Assembly: GCF_052425735.1 (NCBI RefSeq)
Contig: NC_135761.1
Coordinates: forward strand, 5,022,001 to 5,086,000
Direction of reading: 5' to 3'
Source of the DNA: Oculina patagonica
Lineage: Eukaryota
DNA: 64,000 nt
The stretch's first letter is position 1; every line of letters begins with the position of its first letter. Shown here one piece after another: positions 22,792-36,514 of this stretch. A program made the position numbers and the translations under genes. Under the pieces are notes generated by a model, which ran no database searches, was not told the DNA's origin, and saw only the letters and a program-made list of their open reading frames with translations.

Positions 22792-23722
22792 GTTTTACGG
22801 GTTTTGTTAAAAGCTCGACATTTGCTACAGTATAAATGAAGTCTAGTTTCAGCCCGAATGGTTGACTATTAAATTTCCGGTTGGAGCTCAAATAACTGGT
22901 TGAAAAGTAGGGAAAAAAAGTTACAACAAATAGTGAACCCCAGTTCCCCCACTTTCTCAAAGAGCATGAATACAGCCTACTGAAAAAAAAAACCACTTCT
23001 TTTTGGCTAAAATTTTACCCAGTTTCCCTTTCTAAATAACAACAACTACACTGAATTGTAGACCATCTTATTGCGTTGTAGATACAATTACAGCAGCTCT
23101 TAACAGATCCATGACTGCGAAGTTCATGCAAATCAACCGGTCTCGTCTGTTCTGAAGTAGTGATGCTATTGTTCAAGCTATCTGTCCTTAAAACTCTGAA
23201 CGTAGCAGTAAATTATTACACAAACGATTCTGGTATAAATGCATTTAGCAGATACAAGTTTGCGATGCGGACCTATATTTTTCAATTTTCGTTCCCAACT
23301 GAGGTTCATTTGAAGACCTCGAGCTGCGAGACTGGCTGTCTTGTTCAATACTTTCTGGTGACACAAGCCTTCTTGTCATCCCGAAGATTTCTAAATTACC
23401 AACTGCTGTCTGTCGATCAATTGAAACTTGACGAAAACTTTTGTCGAAGTTGCTTGCAGACTGCTGGCTAATATAGTTGTTGACAACCTGTTCATAATAT
23501 TTACATATAAAATTGAACCGAGTGAAAGCTCCTCTCAGCTAAAAAAAGTGTTCGACATCTTATTTCTAAACCATACAGGTCACAGGAATTCATTAACCAA
23601 TCACCAAAGAAATTGTCTCGCTAAATAACTAACTTCTCCCAAGACAATAAACAGTAACTGACGAAGAGTTGTGAGGAGACTTTGCACTTTGATCTCATGT
23701 GCAGCAAGGCTGTCATTCTTGC

Positions 23723-26700
23723 TCAGTGCTGTGACCACTTGATGGTCTTGAGGTCGACGCCTTCTTGAACCATCTCCCACAGTGGGCTGCAAGCAAAAAA
23801 CAACAAAAGCTCAGACAATTTACTGATAACATTGAGAACATGCAACCAGTGTAGAGCGCTGGAACTATCGCGGAATTTAAAGATCTATGTCAGGGGGATT
23901 TCACAGATTTTTGGTGTTAACTATCCTGAAATTAGTGGTAAGCAACTAAACCCATAAAAAATTATTACATGTATCTTTGAACATCTAAAGGAAGATATAA
24001 CCTTGATTTGCGGATAGAAATCAAGCTACGGCTATAAATATCGATTTTTTTAAAGACGCGCGGAAACAACTTGAAAAAGTAAGCCTTACTTTTCAAGTTG
24101 CAATCCGTTTCCATCCGAGCCATCCGTAGCCAAAGATGCTCGTTAACAGTTTCAGTGCTTTAATATAGCAATTTTAAATAAAATGGACTATTAATTTTAG
24201 GTTTCCTGCGACACAACATTTTGGCTGTTCAAAAATCTGGTAAAATTGTTCCTTTAATTGAAGATGATTTCGAACAGATTGGCGGAGAAGACAAACACTC
24301 GGCTCTAATTGGTTAGAACATGGGGAATGCGTTTCTTGTACCAAATCAGTAAGCTGGAGCACACACAAAATCTAATTGAAAACCGCTCTATAGATAACGT
24401 TACTCACCAATAACTCAAAAGGTTTTTATGTTTTACCAACCTCATCTCACGAAGCCGTTTGACATGTTTAATTGTTCTTTCCACGGTGTAATCGATCTCT
24501 TCCTCTGTAGTGAATCGTCCAATTCCAAACCTAAAAAAAATAAAAATATAAGTTACGAATCAGCGACGGCATTACAAAATAAAAAACTTGGCTTTAGAGT
24601 TGACCGAGGCCTTAACTATATTGATCCTACAGCCTCAAGGTCGAAGTATAAATTACTACCTTATTGCCATACATTATTTATGTTAGTTGTGTCAATTTGG
24701 TGGTGGGTTAGAATAACATTGCTGAAGGTGATATTCTTAAGGGAATGGTCAAAACTATTGTACTCAGACAGGACCCACCATTCTGCAAAAAGACGCGTGG
24801 TCTCTCTGTACCTTCTTCCCCCACCCTTCCCACTGTTGTCTGTATAGCTCCACTCTATGGGGAGTAGAGACTAAGAAAAAGATTCAAACATCTTTGTGCC
24901 ATTTCTCCAGCAATTCAAGCTTCATGCACAGCTAATATGTAAGTCTTATCTTAAATTTTGAGGCCAATAAATTTTGTCCATTTGGCTAATCAGACAGGTG
25001 GTATCTTGTCTAGCCCCCTTACCCTACACAAGGTGGTCCTCGTCAAATACACTTGTTATGACCACTTCCCTTAATACCATCACCAGATACAGAGGAATTT
25101 TGAAATGCTCTTCATCTGGTTTATTTCATGATTAAAATCAGAATCTAGTATATGCACGCCGATCCACATGCCCAACATCATCAAGACAAAGCGCGCGAGA
25201 ATCAAACCCCAGAGGAAACCGCGAGCCGATGTAACCCAACAAATCACGCGCACACGCGTACGCACATCAACAGGCACGCAAAAGTCCTTTGTGCATACTA
25301 TACCTGATGGAGGAGTGAGCGAGATCTTCATCAGCACCTATCGCTCGGAGGACATAAGAAGGCTCCAGCGAGGCCGAGGTACATGCGCTAGGGGAGAAAA
25401 AACAAAAACAATGTTAACGTTCATGTACACAGTGTAAATACCATTGACAGCCCATTTTTGACTCATGGTCAGCATTGAAATGCGTCTGACTGCTGTCGAA
25501 ACATTTAACTTAATAATAATTTTACTCCAAAGAGTTTGATTTATGAAAACAAATGAGAAATAAGATTGTAAATTTTCATATCAAAGAAACCTAAAATTTC
25601 AATGTAACCACATTTAATAATTAATTTTAATTGCTCTTTCATTCAACAAACCAAAGATAATGAATTTAAGTACAAGGCCTCGAATACTGTACACTTTGAA
25701 ATTTGCATATTAAATAAATAAATAAAAAAATAATAAAGAATATTTAAACAGGATGGCCCTTCAGTACATGATGAGTACTGTTATCAAAGGGGTCCTGCAA
25801 AAAGAAAAATATATAACAATATCAAAAAAAATAAAAACATCATATAAAAAGATAAAAAGTTAAAAATCTTATTAATTTATGCTTATGTAACCTATTAAAA
25901 TAATTTGTTTAAAGACTGCCTTAATAAAAACCTACTGCTAGTGTGTCTAGTTTTTAAAGGTAAAGAATTAAAAATAATATGGCCTTTGTAACTTTATATA
26001 ACAACTCACTGTTTGGTCCCTACCTTCCTGAAGACAGTGCCACGTCCTTGAGAGCCATCAAAAGACTTTCTCCCTCCACAAAAGCGAACGACAGGTTCAC
26101 ACATCCGGGATACGAATGCTCTGGGTCACCGTTTCTGATCACGTGGGTTAAGTTAGCCGTGATGGTGTTCACAAGCCGGTTAGACAGCTCTGTTACCCTT
26201 TTATGGTCATACTGCGAAAAATTCGAAAACAAAGACAACTTAGACAACAATGTGCACTAACGTAAAACGGCTAGGCCAAATATCACCCACATGGGCATCC
26301 GAAAGCAAGCGCAGATTAGGACGGCTGAGAGAACAAAGAGCAGTAAAATCTCAGATTTAAGACATGGAGGGAGGCGGAGGTTGCAGCCAGAGACAAGATG
26401 GCGTGGAGGCCCCAACCTCAACGAGGAGAAAAGGGCTCAATGATGATGAAAGTAACGCAAAATTCAGAAAATAAGCCACCCCTCCCTGAAATTAAACCAC
26501 CACCCCTCCTCCTGCAAATAAACCTCAGGCACAAAAATCGTTGCTACAATAAGCCCTCCCGAATATAAGGATCATGGGCTTATATTTAGTTAAAGCCCTT
26601 AAGGAAAGAGACGACTCTTCCGATTGTTAGCCTCTGCTGTAGGGCTTAAGGCCTTTTTTGTATTTTATGTGGTGATAGATGCTGAGACCTGTAATGTTTG

Positions 26701-29483
26701 TTTGTCAACTGTAAAACACAGTAATGATGCACCTTTTCTCAGCTACATGTAACATCAAAACTTTACCTCCATTTCCTCTTGAGACACTTCACAAGCGGCT
26801 CCCAATCCAACCGCTAACACGTGCGGCACAGTGCCACTGCGCATGCCCCTAAAATAACCGCAGTTCAAATAAGAATTATTCTTAATCTTATATTAAACTC
26901 AGTCATTGATCTCTTCTGGTATGAATGCTCAATATGATCGCCATAGAACACTTAAAGATGAATTACAGTCCGTACTGCGCAATCTCGGCTGCAATATTTA
27001 TGTGAGCCTCACAAACAAAGCAAAACTAAAAATTACGTGACAAACTTACCTGTTTCTTCATTATTAACGCCAGATATCCTTGCAGAACAAATAATAACAA
27101 GTAGAAGAACCTTGACGCTATTTCAAACCGACGTTTCAGCTCATCGGAAGTTCTTGAACGAAGCGAACTGTAATGGCGGACTAAAAAACTTCATGTATGC
27201 TGTCACCAAAGTGTAACGTTTCAACGAATTCAAAACAAAAACGTAAACAAACCCTGAGTCTGCGCAGTACGGACTGGAAATCAGCTTTAAAGGATGTCTG
27301 CATTTGAACTGACACATGTACACTGGTTATCGATAGGAGTCTTCTGATCTTCTCTGTTGTGTATTTTCTATAGTTTATCAACCGATGTCCTGTAAGCTAA
27401 ACCTTTCAAGCTCGTTGTATCTCTTATTTTGACCATCACTGTTGTTTTTTTTTTTGGTTTATTATTTCCTCTTAGTTTGTAATTTAAGAAATTTGACTTC
27501 TAGTTTATTTAATCATAAATCCCCCAAAATGGTTTAATATACATGTAATTTATATTGTGACAAAGCTCTTAAATGAGCTACTTCGCAACTGCCCTAAATT
27601 TAGCCTGTGGGTACTACATGTGTACCTTTCCTGTCCTCCTCCACTCTGAATGGGCTCCACCCTCACACGAGGCCTTTTTCGAATGTACAAGGCACCAACA
27701 CCTGTCACAGTAATTAAATAAGTAAACTTAACCCATAAAGCCCCATTATCAACATGCAATTTCTCTTTATCAGTCTCCATACATCTCTTGTAGTAAATGT
27801 TGGGAGAATCCACAATCCGATCTCAAAATCAAAGACTGAAAGGTTTTTGTACATGTCATTCCCCGATAGTCCAATGAGGTGAATTACTTTTAGCTCAAAT
27901 TTCGTACTCTTATCTGTCATTAGGTTGTTGAATACGCTGGGTTCGTACTCTGTTGAGTTTTTGAAATTCCATAACTTTCCATGACCTTTTCAAAGTTTTC
28001 CATGACCTAAATTTGACCATTTTACTTGGAAATTTACAAAAATTATCTTGATTTCGGGTACGTTTTTACCTTTTTCTTCACAAAAATAACCTGCCTTATT
28101 TATTTTGTACAATCAATACCATTTTCCATGACTTTTCATGACCCACACTTTAATTCTATGACTTTCCAGGCCTGGAAAATGAAATTCTAAAATTCCATGA
28201 CTTTCCAGGTTTTCCATGACCTGTACGAACCATGACACACGCCAATCTACATGTATTTCATTCTTTGTGGCCGCTAAATAAGGGTTTTTTGTTAGTATTA
28301 TACTGGCAATACTTTCAGGACTTTAATAACCGGCTGTTTAATGGAGGGTGGTCGCTTAATATTATTATTGATGGCCGCTTAATATTATTATTGATGGCCG
28401 CTTAATATAATGGGTGGCCGCTTAATAGTGGTTCAACTGTACTGTAATCGCACCTTTAGGTCCATAAATCTTGTGTCCACTGATTGACATTAGGTCAATC
28501 TTCAGTTCATTCACGTCCACGGGAATCTTGCCAACTGCTTGGGCTGCATCTGTGTGAAAGAAGATTTTGTTCTTGCGGCAAAGGGCTCCTGCAAGAGAAA
28601 AAGAAACAAGAGTTTGAAACACATAAATCCTAATCAAACATAAAGAAATGGATTAAAATTACCAAACAATGTGTAGCTCCATTTATTATCCATACCTCCC
28701 CCACAGAAGGGATATTTCCTAAGACCCCTCCCCCCAAATCCCTCTGGGATTCCAATTAAGCTTCATACATTTCCTTAAAGTTGTTGGCCTTTGAGACCCC
28801 TCTCACCCCCAGCCAGGAATTTCCAATCCCTTCTGTCAAGGGGGGGGGGGGGGGGGGAAAGTGGACATCTTCTGGAACCACACAATCTACACAGTACTTG
28901 TGCAATGTACAGTCATGTGGAATTAAAAAGATTATTGATTTTATTTTTAATCAACTTACCAGTAAGCAGCATGATTGTATTCTTGCAGCGTATATTGCCC
29001 TTTGTGGCAACAGCTTACCGGTAAGTTTGCCCATGTTTGTTTACCAGTAGAACTTCACTTGAACTTCAAACTTCATTGTCTGTTTTTTTTTTCAAAAGTT
29101 GTGCTTCCAAATCAGGGGTGCGGCTTATCTACGGGTGGGGCTTATACATTTACAAGGAACTTTACAGTACATGTATGAAGCTGAAATGGAATTCTTTAAG
29201 AGGAAGGGTGGGCTAAACAATGAAACCGTCCACAATTATGCTGCGGGTATGGATATTTTCTGGAACAACACAACAAACCTGATTAAACCCACAAAGTTTG
29301 ATGGAATAGTAATGAAGTAGTAAACAAAACGCTGTTTCGCTCCCTTGCATGTATTTTCGGTCATTTGATTTCATCTCTCAAAACTCAAACTCTCGATAAT
29401 TCAACCTTGCCTTGAAGGTTTGAGTTACTGGGAGTGAGCTGTCCATGTACAAATAGCACTGACAGCAGTATATAGCACAGGTC

Positions 29484-29521
<38 letters not shown>

Positions 29522-32500
29522 CTTTATTTCCGTGTCTAAAAATGTTTAGCTGAGGGGAAAAGTCCCCTCTACTAATTGTGGACACCTGACTAACTAAAGA
29601 AAAAAGGTAAAAACAACTTAAACCTATCATAATACAACTATTACAATTAATAATTTAAAGTTAAAATAAGTTAAAAAAGAGCTATTTACATAATAAAAAC
29701 GGGTAAAAAAGTAAATCTATTTATGTGATAAAAAAGACTATATACATGGCTAGTATTAATAGTCACAGAGGCGGCAATTGCATCATTCATTTTTTAAAAA
29801 GTTATTGAAGTCACGTTTCTGAATCGTTTTCTTAAATGTCTTAAGTGACTGGCAGTTTCTTTCTTCTGTCGTCAGGTGGCCCCAGAGCTTCGGCCCCAGG
29901 TATCTAATAGAATGCTTTCCGTACGTAACTGTAGAGAAGCGGGGCATCAAAAAGTCTGATTGCCTCAGCTGGTAGGACAACTGATGAGGCTTAAATAGCT
30001 GACGGATTTACACATTACAAATATTTCTAAAAAGATTGCATCTGGCATTGGCATCCTAAAGCGTAGCAGGTCTTTTGTTCCATTTAAGACATTACTATGT
30101 ATCTATAACTCTTTAGTACAACCCCATTTTGATTATTGTAGTGTCGTTTGGGGGAATTGCAGTAAAACTCTGGCAAGTAAACTAGAAAAACTGCAAAACC
30201 GTGCTGCGCGTATCTTGACCTCTTCTTCCTACGATGCCAATGCTGATGATCTTATTGCAAGACTTGGCTGGAATAAACTCGATGTCCAATTTAAATTTAA
30301 AACAGCCGTCATGGTCTATAAATCACTCAATGGTCTTGCACCTGACTACCTTAGGACAATGTTTTCTAATAGAAGCGATACGTGTACCTATTCACTGAGA
30401 GGGTCCACGGGTAAACTAACTGTTCCGCTCCCCCGCACTAATTTTCTTAAAAACAGTTTTAGCTATAGAGGTGCGGTGCTGTGGAACAGTTTACCTGTCG
30501 ACCTTCGGCAAGCACAAACTCTCACTAGCTTTAAATCCGGCTGCAGCAGTTTCGTTTTTGGCTAGAATCAATGTAAATATTAACATCACACGGCATTCAT
30601 GGAAAGCAGGCATTTCTTTTATTATAACTAATTAATTCATCGTAGACGACTAATGTAATTTAAATTTATTATGTAAAATGGGTATTAAGTAATTTTAAAT
30701 AAGTATTATGTAGTATTTTAAGTCCTGATGATTTTTACCGTGTTTAAATAAAGATTAAATAAATAAATAAATAAATAATTTGGGCTAAGCACAGGTCATA
30801 CAGCACAGGTCATACAGCACAGGTCATACAGCACAGGCCATACAGCACAGGTCAGAGACACCTGACACAGATAATTGCATTCATGATCAGGATCCTTACC
30901 AATTTCCTTGACAGGTTGAGTAACACCAATCTCATTGTTGACTGTCATTATGGATACAAGAGATGTGTCAGGTCTGATGGCCTCTTCTAGTTCCTGTAGT
31001 TATGATCAAGAAGGCTCATGTAATATCGCCATTATTTTTTTTTAAAAAAATCTTAAATTGTTAGTTGGCTCTAAGGATCAGGAGTTTTTAAAAAAATGAA
31101 ATTACAGTCAACTCTCATTATAGTGGACATGCTTGGGGCATCATTTAGTGTCTGTTATAGCGAGAGTCTGTTATAGCAGGAGTCATTTCCAGTCAAACCT
31201 ATTTCCCCAGGGATCTGGATTTTGTCCATACACTGTAATAGCGAGTGTCTGCAATAGTGGGGTGTCCGCAACTAGGTGAGAGTTGACTGTACATCAATTG
31301 AGGCTAGGTTTGTTTGTAGACACTAAAAATTTGTTACTTAATTAACCTGACCAATCTGAGTAAAGTACGTACTCTGCAATGGATCAACATCCCATCTCCA
31401 AGTTTACAAGAGGAGTAGCAATACTCCAAGTTGATTCATGCTGATGTTACAGAAACGTCCCAATTTCTCGAACCTCCAGAGAAACCAAAAATGGTTCAGG
31501 AAGTCAAGGAAATTGAGGAGTAGGGTGTAAAATTGTAATGTTCAACTATCCAAGGACTTTTGTTTCGGGTTATCAGGAGGTTTGAGACATTGAAGGTTCG
31601 AGAATTCATGATTCTACCGCATTTTGTAAGAGAGATGGTAACCAGGTGTGTAATACTGTACTTTTGCATTTATAATAAAAATTAATAACCTGAAAGATTT
31701 AGCATACAAATTATACCTGTAAGTCAATGAGTCCATTTTTCATGACAGGTAAATAGGTCACATCAAAACCTTCACCCTCAAGTGCACGGCAAGAATCCAA
31801 CACACACTTGTGCTCCTAAGGACAAAACAAATAAAAGCAAAAGGAGAAAATTGCTTTGTACATGTATTATTATAGAGCTTCTTACTCATTTAATTAAAAA
31901 AGAAATGTTGCAAATTAATAGTAAAAAAAAGAAATTAGCAAGAAAATATACAATTCAACATTAAGTTTATACATGTACATAATACTCACAGTTTGTGTTG
32001 TAATAACATGCTTCTTGTTCTTTTTGTAAAATCGTGCAACTCCCTGAAGAGAAAAAAATTAAATAATACGTTAATTTACACTTTACTGGACTTTAACAAA
32101 TTACAACCTACATCTTCAACACAATCTCTCTTCAGAATTTAAACTACATAAATTTCTAAATTTCTTGTGACCCACCTGCTTGACAGTGTGACACAGAATG
32201 AAATAGAATAGCCTTCAGTGAAGTTATTTTTGGTTGACGAGTGCTTCAATTAAAAACAAAGTGAGTGAAAGAGGAAGATACAGTAACAGTAGGGCTCCCC
32301 CCTCATTTGCTTTTCAGCCTCACTCCTACTCCTTTACTCATTTTCCACCCACCCTTACCCTAAAGTAAATACAATACCGCTCAAATGTAAGTTGACAGTC
32401 TCGACTCGATCCTCAAGACTCGATACTCGAGAGAGACTCGAGACTCAATCCTCGCATCTCAAAGTTCGAGTGACTCAAGTTTTGAGTCTCGAGGATCGAG

Positions 32501-35500
32501 TCGCAGGGATCGAGAAACAAGGCGGTCTCAAATATTCATAACTCATTCATTACTGGAATATTCATAACTCGAATAGTAGTAAAGTCATCTGGCGGAAAAC
32601 GGCTTGCCTGGTTCTCTCGACTGCAGCCTGCTTGAGCAATTTTATGATTGATTGATTCATTCAAGCGACAAGCTCAATATTTTTCTCGACTCGATCCTCG
32701 AGACTCAAGACTCAATCCTCAAGACTCGAAACTCAAAATTTTCGAGTTTCAAGGATCGAGTCTCGAGGTTCGAGGATCAAGTCTCGAGTCTCGAGGATCG
32801 AGGCTCGAGGGACTGTCAACTTACATTTGAGCGGTACTGTACATGTACCTTAACAGAAATGTTGTTTGATTCTGTAGCCCCACTGGTGAATATGATCTCT
32901 TTTGGATCTGCACTAATAAGGTCTGCTACTTGCTGTAAAATCAAGAAAATAAATAAATAAGTAAATAAATGTACCATATCATGGCTTCAAAAACAAGTTG
33001 AATTCTAGCTAGCCTTTCAGACAAGCTGTTGAATGTCAAATTTTGCTTGCCAGAAAAGTTACAAACTTGTTTTAGCTTACAGCAGATACATGTAGCTTGC
33101 AATTGCCTTGGCCCTTGCCATCAGGCAATTGAATATGAAAAGATACTTGCCCAGCAGGAAAATATGACAGGATGGGACTTTTTTCAAGCCCTGGATACAT
33201 GAACCTGTATAGTGCAGTGCTTTTAATAAGCACTGACAGCCAACGAAAAGTGTCAAGTACTTTGCTTTTATTTCACTAGAGAAGTTGGCTACATTTATAA
33301 TCAGGGGTTTCAAAGTGGCATGTTTTGAAGTTTAACCCTTTAAGCCCCGAGGTAACTGGTCTCTTTTCCTAAATCAATAAATATTTACTGGATGTCCATG
33401 TATGATACACCATTTGAAAGGTATTAATTAAAATACTTCATAAAACATGTCAACAAATAATAAGAAAGTAATGGCCTTAAAAGAAATGGCTTAAAAACAT
33501 AAAAAGAAAAAGTTTTAAAACTGTGTGTATCCACGTATATAATGGGTATACCCCTAAACTTTAGCTTAATGTGCAGCTCTCACTGTTGTGGTTAGTTTCA
33601 GTTATGTTGCATCTCACACACGTATCAGGAAAAAAAAATTTCAAAAGTTATAGGGTGGTCAATCAAGTCACAAATAGGGGGGAGGAACAATTTTATGTTT
33701 TCAAAATGCAGATCTTTCCAAGGAAATTTTGGTGGCAAAAATTCAAATTAATTGGGCAAATATTGACCAAGTTATGTATCGGGGCTTAAATTAAAGTAGG
33801 CATCAGCAGCTCAAAGAGCAGGCAGGTGTCACAATGCCAAACTTGTTTGTCACGAACTGATTGCTATGACCAGAGTAACTGGTGACATATCATAATCGAG
33901 TTACCGTCAGAACTCCAGCGGTTGCTGGCTTGTTTTGAAAACCCTATTACTTATTAATTTTCCTTAAATTGAATTAAGATTTTTTCAAACAGTTGGTTGC
34001 TCAATTCAAACCAGCTGCCTTCTTCAAATAATATTGAAACCCTTGACAGTGTACATGTGCATACCTTTCTGGCATGTTCGACAGCTTGTTCACTTTCCCA
34101 GCCATAAGCATGTGTGCGTGAATGTGGGTTTCCATAATAATACACTGAATATGGCATCATAGCATCCAACACACGTGGGTCCTTAAAAAAGTACACCAGA
34201 ATAATATAATGAATGTTAAATATCCCACTGACTTTTCAGGAGTCTAGACATGTAATTGCGTATCCGAGAAAAAGTGGATTGTACACTGTACAGTACGTAC
34301 AATGTAACTAACAGAACTTCACTAGCAGACATCTCATGTAGCTGGGCAGCTTTCCCAGTTGACACTCATTCACAGACCACACTGAATCGGTTTCCAAAGT
34401 GATTCAATAATGAAAGTTTCAATGTGCACAAAATGGTTAAAAAAATACAAGGAAAGTAACAGAAGTCCAAGAGGGAACATAGGGGGGGGGGGGGGGTCTA
34501 GAGTACCAAGGGATGAGGGAAGAGATGGAGGGGTCATTCCAAAGGAGGGTACTGCAAGTGCACATAGGGATCACACACACCTGTTAGTGTCAGGAAAAGG
34601 AAAAAGAAATCGAGAAAGAATATATGTTTTGGATAGTAAAACAAATTTGAAGGGGAAAAAAACATTCCTTACCAGAGGAGTAGTTGCTTGGGCATCAAGG
34701 TAGAGAGGTCTTAAGTCTGGTCTTTCATCTTCTAGTAATGGTGTAATAAAAAGGATTATGACTTTACTGGAATAGTGGGAGTAAACAGACTCCTTGTTGA
34801 TATCTGATGTTTGACATGAAAACTTCTAAACCAATGACATAACTCTACAGAGAATAAATAGAGGATAATACATGGTTGTGCGGAGATATGAAATTTATCT
34901 TCAAGTGTTCAAATTGATAGCTCACGAGTGAGCGCAGTGAACGAGTGAGATACTGTATCACTTTTGAACACGAGAAGATAAATTTCATATATCCAAGCAA
35001 CCATGTATTATTCTGTTTATTATATAAACCTACTAATTACGATGTTTTTTGACGATTTTGAGAAGATTTCTGACAATTTTCAAAATGTTGTCCAAAGGTC
35101 GTACGAATGTTTTCCGAAAATTTCCGAAGATTTCCGAAGATTACCGAGGAAGATCCGAAGATGTTTCGACTTAATATCGATATACTTTGGCTCATCATGC
35201 ATTGAAACATGGCAAACTCTGCGAGGTGATTGGTCAAAAATGATATCACACATGTGTGGATACCATTTTTATCCACACGTGTGATACCATTTTTCTCGAT
35301 TTGCTACTACTCGCTATACCACTGCAGTTTATATAATAAATAAATCTATCTATCCACAATATCTAGATGACCGGCATGTAGTGTCTCAAATTGGTTTTTG
35401 CTTGGTTTTGATTATATACGCTTGCAAGTAATTCTCCAGTCAGAGGTACATGTACAGTACATGTACTACACAGATCTCTGTAGAGTGTGTCATTAGTTAG

Positions 35501-36167
35501 ACCTTTTTCAGGTCAAAAGAAATGTACATGTGAAGCAAAATGTCCATTTATTTAGCCTAAATAAGCACAAAAGTTAGGCTAAATAAGTACCGTTCTAGTT
35601 AAAATAAGTACCGTTCAATCAGTTAGTTAAGACTCTGATACTCTAGTTTAAACACTACATGACATTGCACATGTTATTTTCGCCATAATTTTTTAAATAA
35701 GTAAGCTAATATTTACTACTTTTCCTGGGGAAAGAGCGAAATGGAAACTCTTCAACAAACTTGACATAAACCCAGTTGAAGAAAGCAAAAACGATGAATA
35801 ATGCTCACTCTAGATATTAACACAGGAATGATGTAACAATTACAGAAACTCCCATACATGTACATGTACAGTGTAACTTAAGCTTATGTTGTGATCTCCA
35901 GAAATGTGGCGTCAACACAGGTCAAGTAAAGCTCAAACTTCAAACCGTTAAATGCAACTAGTTAATTCAGATAACATTTTCATTTTCGTACATGGAAAAT
36001 GATAGAACTAATACACAACAAATGCTACAAACAAACAAACCTGGACTCGTGGCCTGTGCAGCAGTAGATGTGGTTTCATCAGTCGCCGTCGTTTTCAAGC
36101 CTTTTGTGATCAAAATTCGACATGACGATGAACCCAGACGTGGTTTAACTAACAACCTTCGAAACAT
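23723..36167 (-). CDS. NFS1: Mitochondrial cysteine desulfurase (IscS/NifS family), 14 exons, 450 aa
   Basis: Exons with GT-AG boundaries and consistent phases: 36167-36041, 34731-34673, 34181-34065, 32932-32849, 32043-31990, 31815-31717, 30993-30900, 28588-28454, 27701-27626, 26848-26767, 26211-26024, 25387-25304, 24530-24441, 23786-23723 (1353 nt). Motifs: [47 protein letters not shown] (PLP Lys), SSGSACTS (catalytic Cys), C-terminal IKWSQH. Arg-rich presequence. Confidence 0.97.
23878..24258. mobile_element. TTAA-flanked non-autonomous DNA element (Kolobok-like)
   Basis: TTAAAG...CCTTTAA ends; an internal segment recurs at about 15120-15250. Confidence 0.45.
25710..25925 (-). mobile_element. 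LINE/SINE 3' end related to the 22499-22789 insertion
   Basis: Reverse complement reads GCAGGACCCCTTTGATAACAGTACTCATCATGTACTGAAGGGCCATCCTG, closely matching 22653-22699, followed by a T-rich tail. Confidence 0.6.
26956..27286. mobile_element. MITE with TTAA target duplication (Kolobok-like)
   Basis: Imperfect TIRs with a perfect core CAGTCCGTACTGCGCA (26966-26981 / 27261-27276); TTAA on both sides. Confidence 0.7.
27937..28232. mobile_element. MITE with TTCCATGAC internal repeats
   Basis: GGTTCGTAC / GTACGAACC ends and repeated TTCCATGAC motifs. Confidence 0.55.
29485..30008 (-). mobile_element. 5'-truncated CR1/L2-group LINE (ORF2 C-terminus, 3' UTR, (TAT)n tail)
   Basis: Reads [42 protein letters not shown], followed by AATAAA and a microsatellite tail. 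Confidence 0.8.
30011..30778 (+). mobile_element. 5'-truncated L2/CR1-group LINE (ORF2 C-terminus 30011-30565, 3' UTR, (TAAA)n tail)
   Basis: Open frame [12 protein letters not shown]...[17 protein letters not shown]...[10 protein letters not shown]...[14 protein letters not shown], typical of the post-RT region of these LINEs. Confidence 0.88.
30788..30855. repeat. 14-bp minisatellite (CAGCACAGGTCATA), about 5 units
   Basis: Seen directly; one further unit at 29474-29486. Confidence 0.9.
31105..31289. mobile_element. Tc1/mariner-pogo type MITE
   Basis: TA-CAGTCAACTCTCA ... TGAGAGTTGACTG-TA. Confidence 0.75.
32372..32839. mobile_element. TA-flanked MITE with internal CTCGA repeats
   Basis: TIR TACCGCTCAAATGTAAGTTGACAGTC and its reverse complement; ends about 10 bp from the NFS1 exon 4 donor. 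Confidence 0.8.
33332..33794. mobile_element. piggyBac-like MITE
   Basis: TTAACCCTTTAAGCCCCGA ... TCGGGGCTTAAATTAA. Confidence 0.55.
34857..35340. mobile_element. Interspersed repeat with CCGAAGAT motifs
   Basis: An inverted partial copy lies at about 53480-53570. Confidence 0.5.
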
Positions 36168-36514
36168 AGTCGATCAGAATTTCCGTTATTACAGCGGTTG
36201 TTGAAATAACTCCAACCAAAAAGATTGACCCTGTTTTGGATATCTGTTCCTCCAGTGCTGTGACATAACATGTGATGAAAAAAAACTCAGGCGCCAAGCC
36301 TTCTAGGGTATCCCGAAAGTTTTGCCCGAAGGTAAACGCGGGAATCCCGCAAGGGAACGAGGCAATAACAATTCCTTTCCCTCTTGTTCCAGCTTTTTCG
36401 TCCGTAGATCAGACCATGGATAGTAAAAGTTGATCAGACCTAATATACCAAGTTGCAGGTCAGATATGCTTCTAAAAAGCTTAAATAAACAGCTAAGTTT
36501 AGAAAACCTTTTTA

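Noticed and set aside
30788-30855. Short direct repeats (also 28350-28430, 32400-32810, 36520-36700) as a CRISPR-like array
   Set aside because: No unique spacers of regular length, no cas genes, eukaryotic context. These are minisatellite or MITE subterminal repeats.
34765-34845. Possible extra NFS1 exon ([26 protein letters not shown]) upstream of exon 2
   Set aside because: An in-frame stop precedes exon 2 and only about 35 nt would remain for an intron. The gene model is complete without it.
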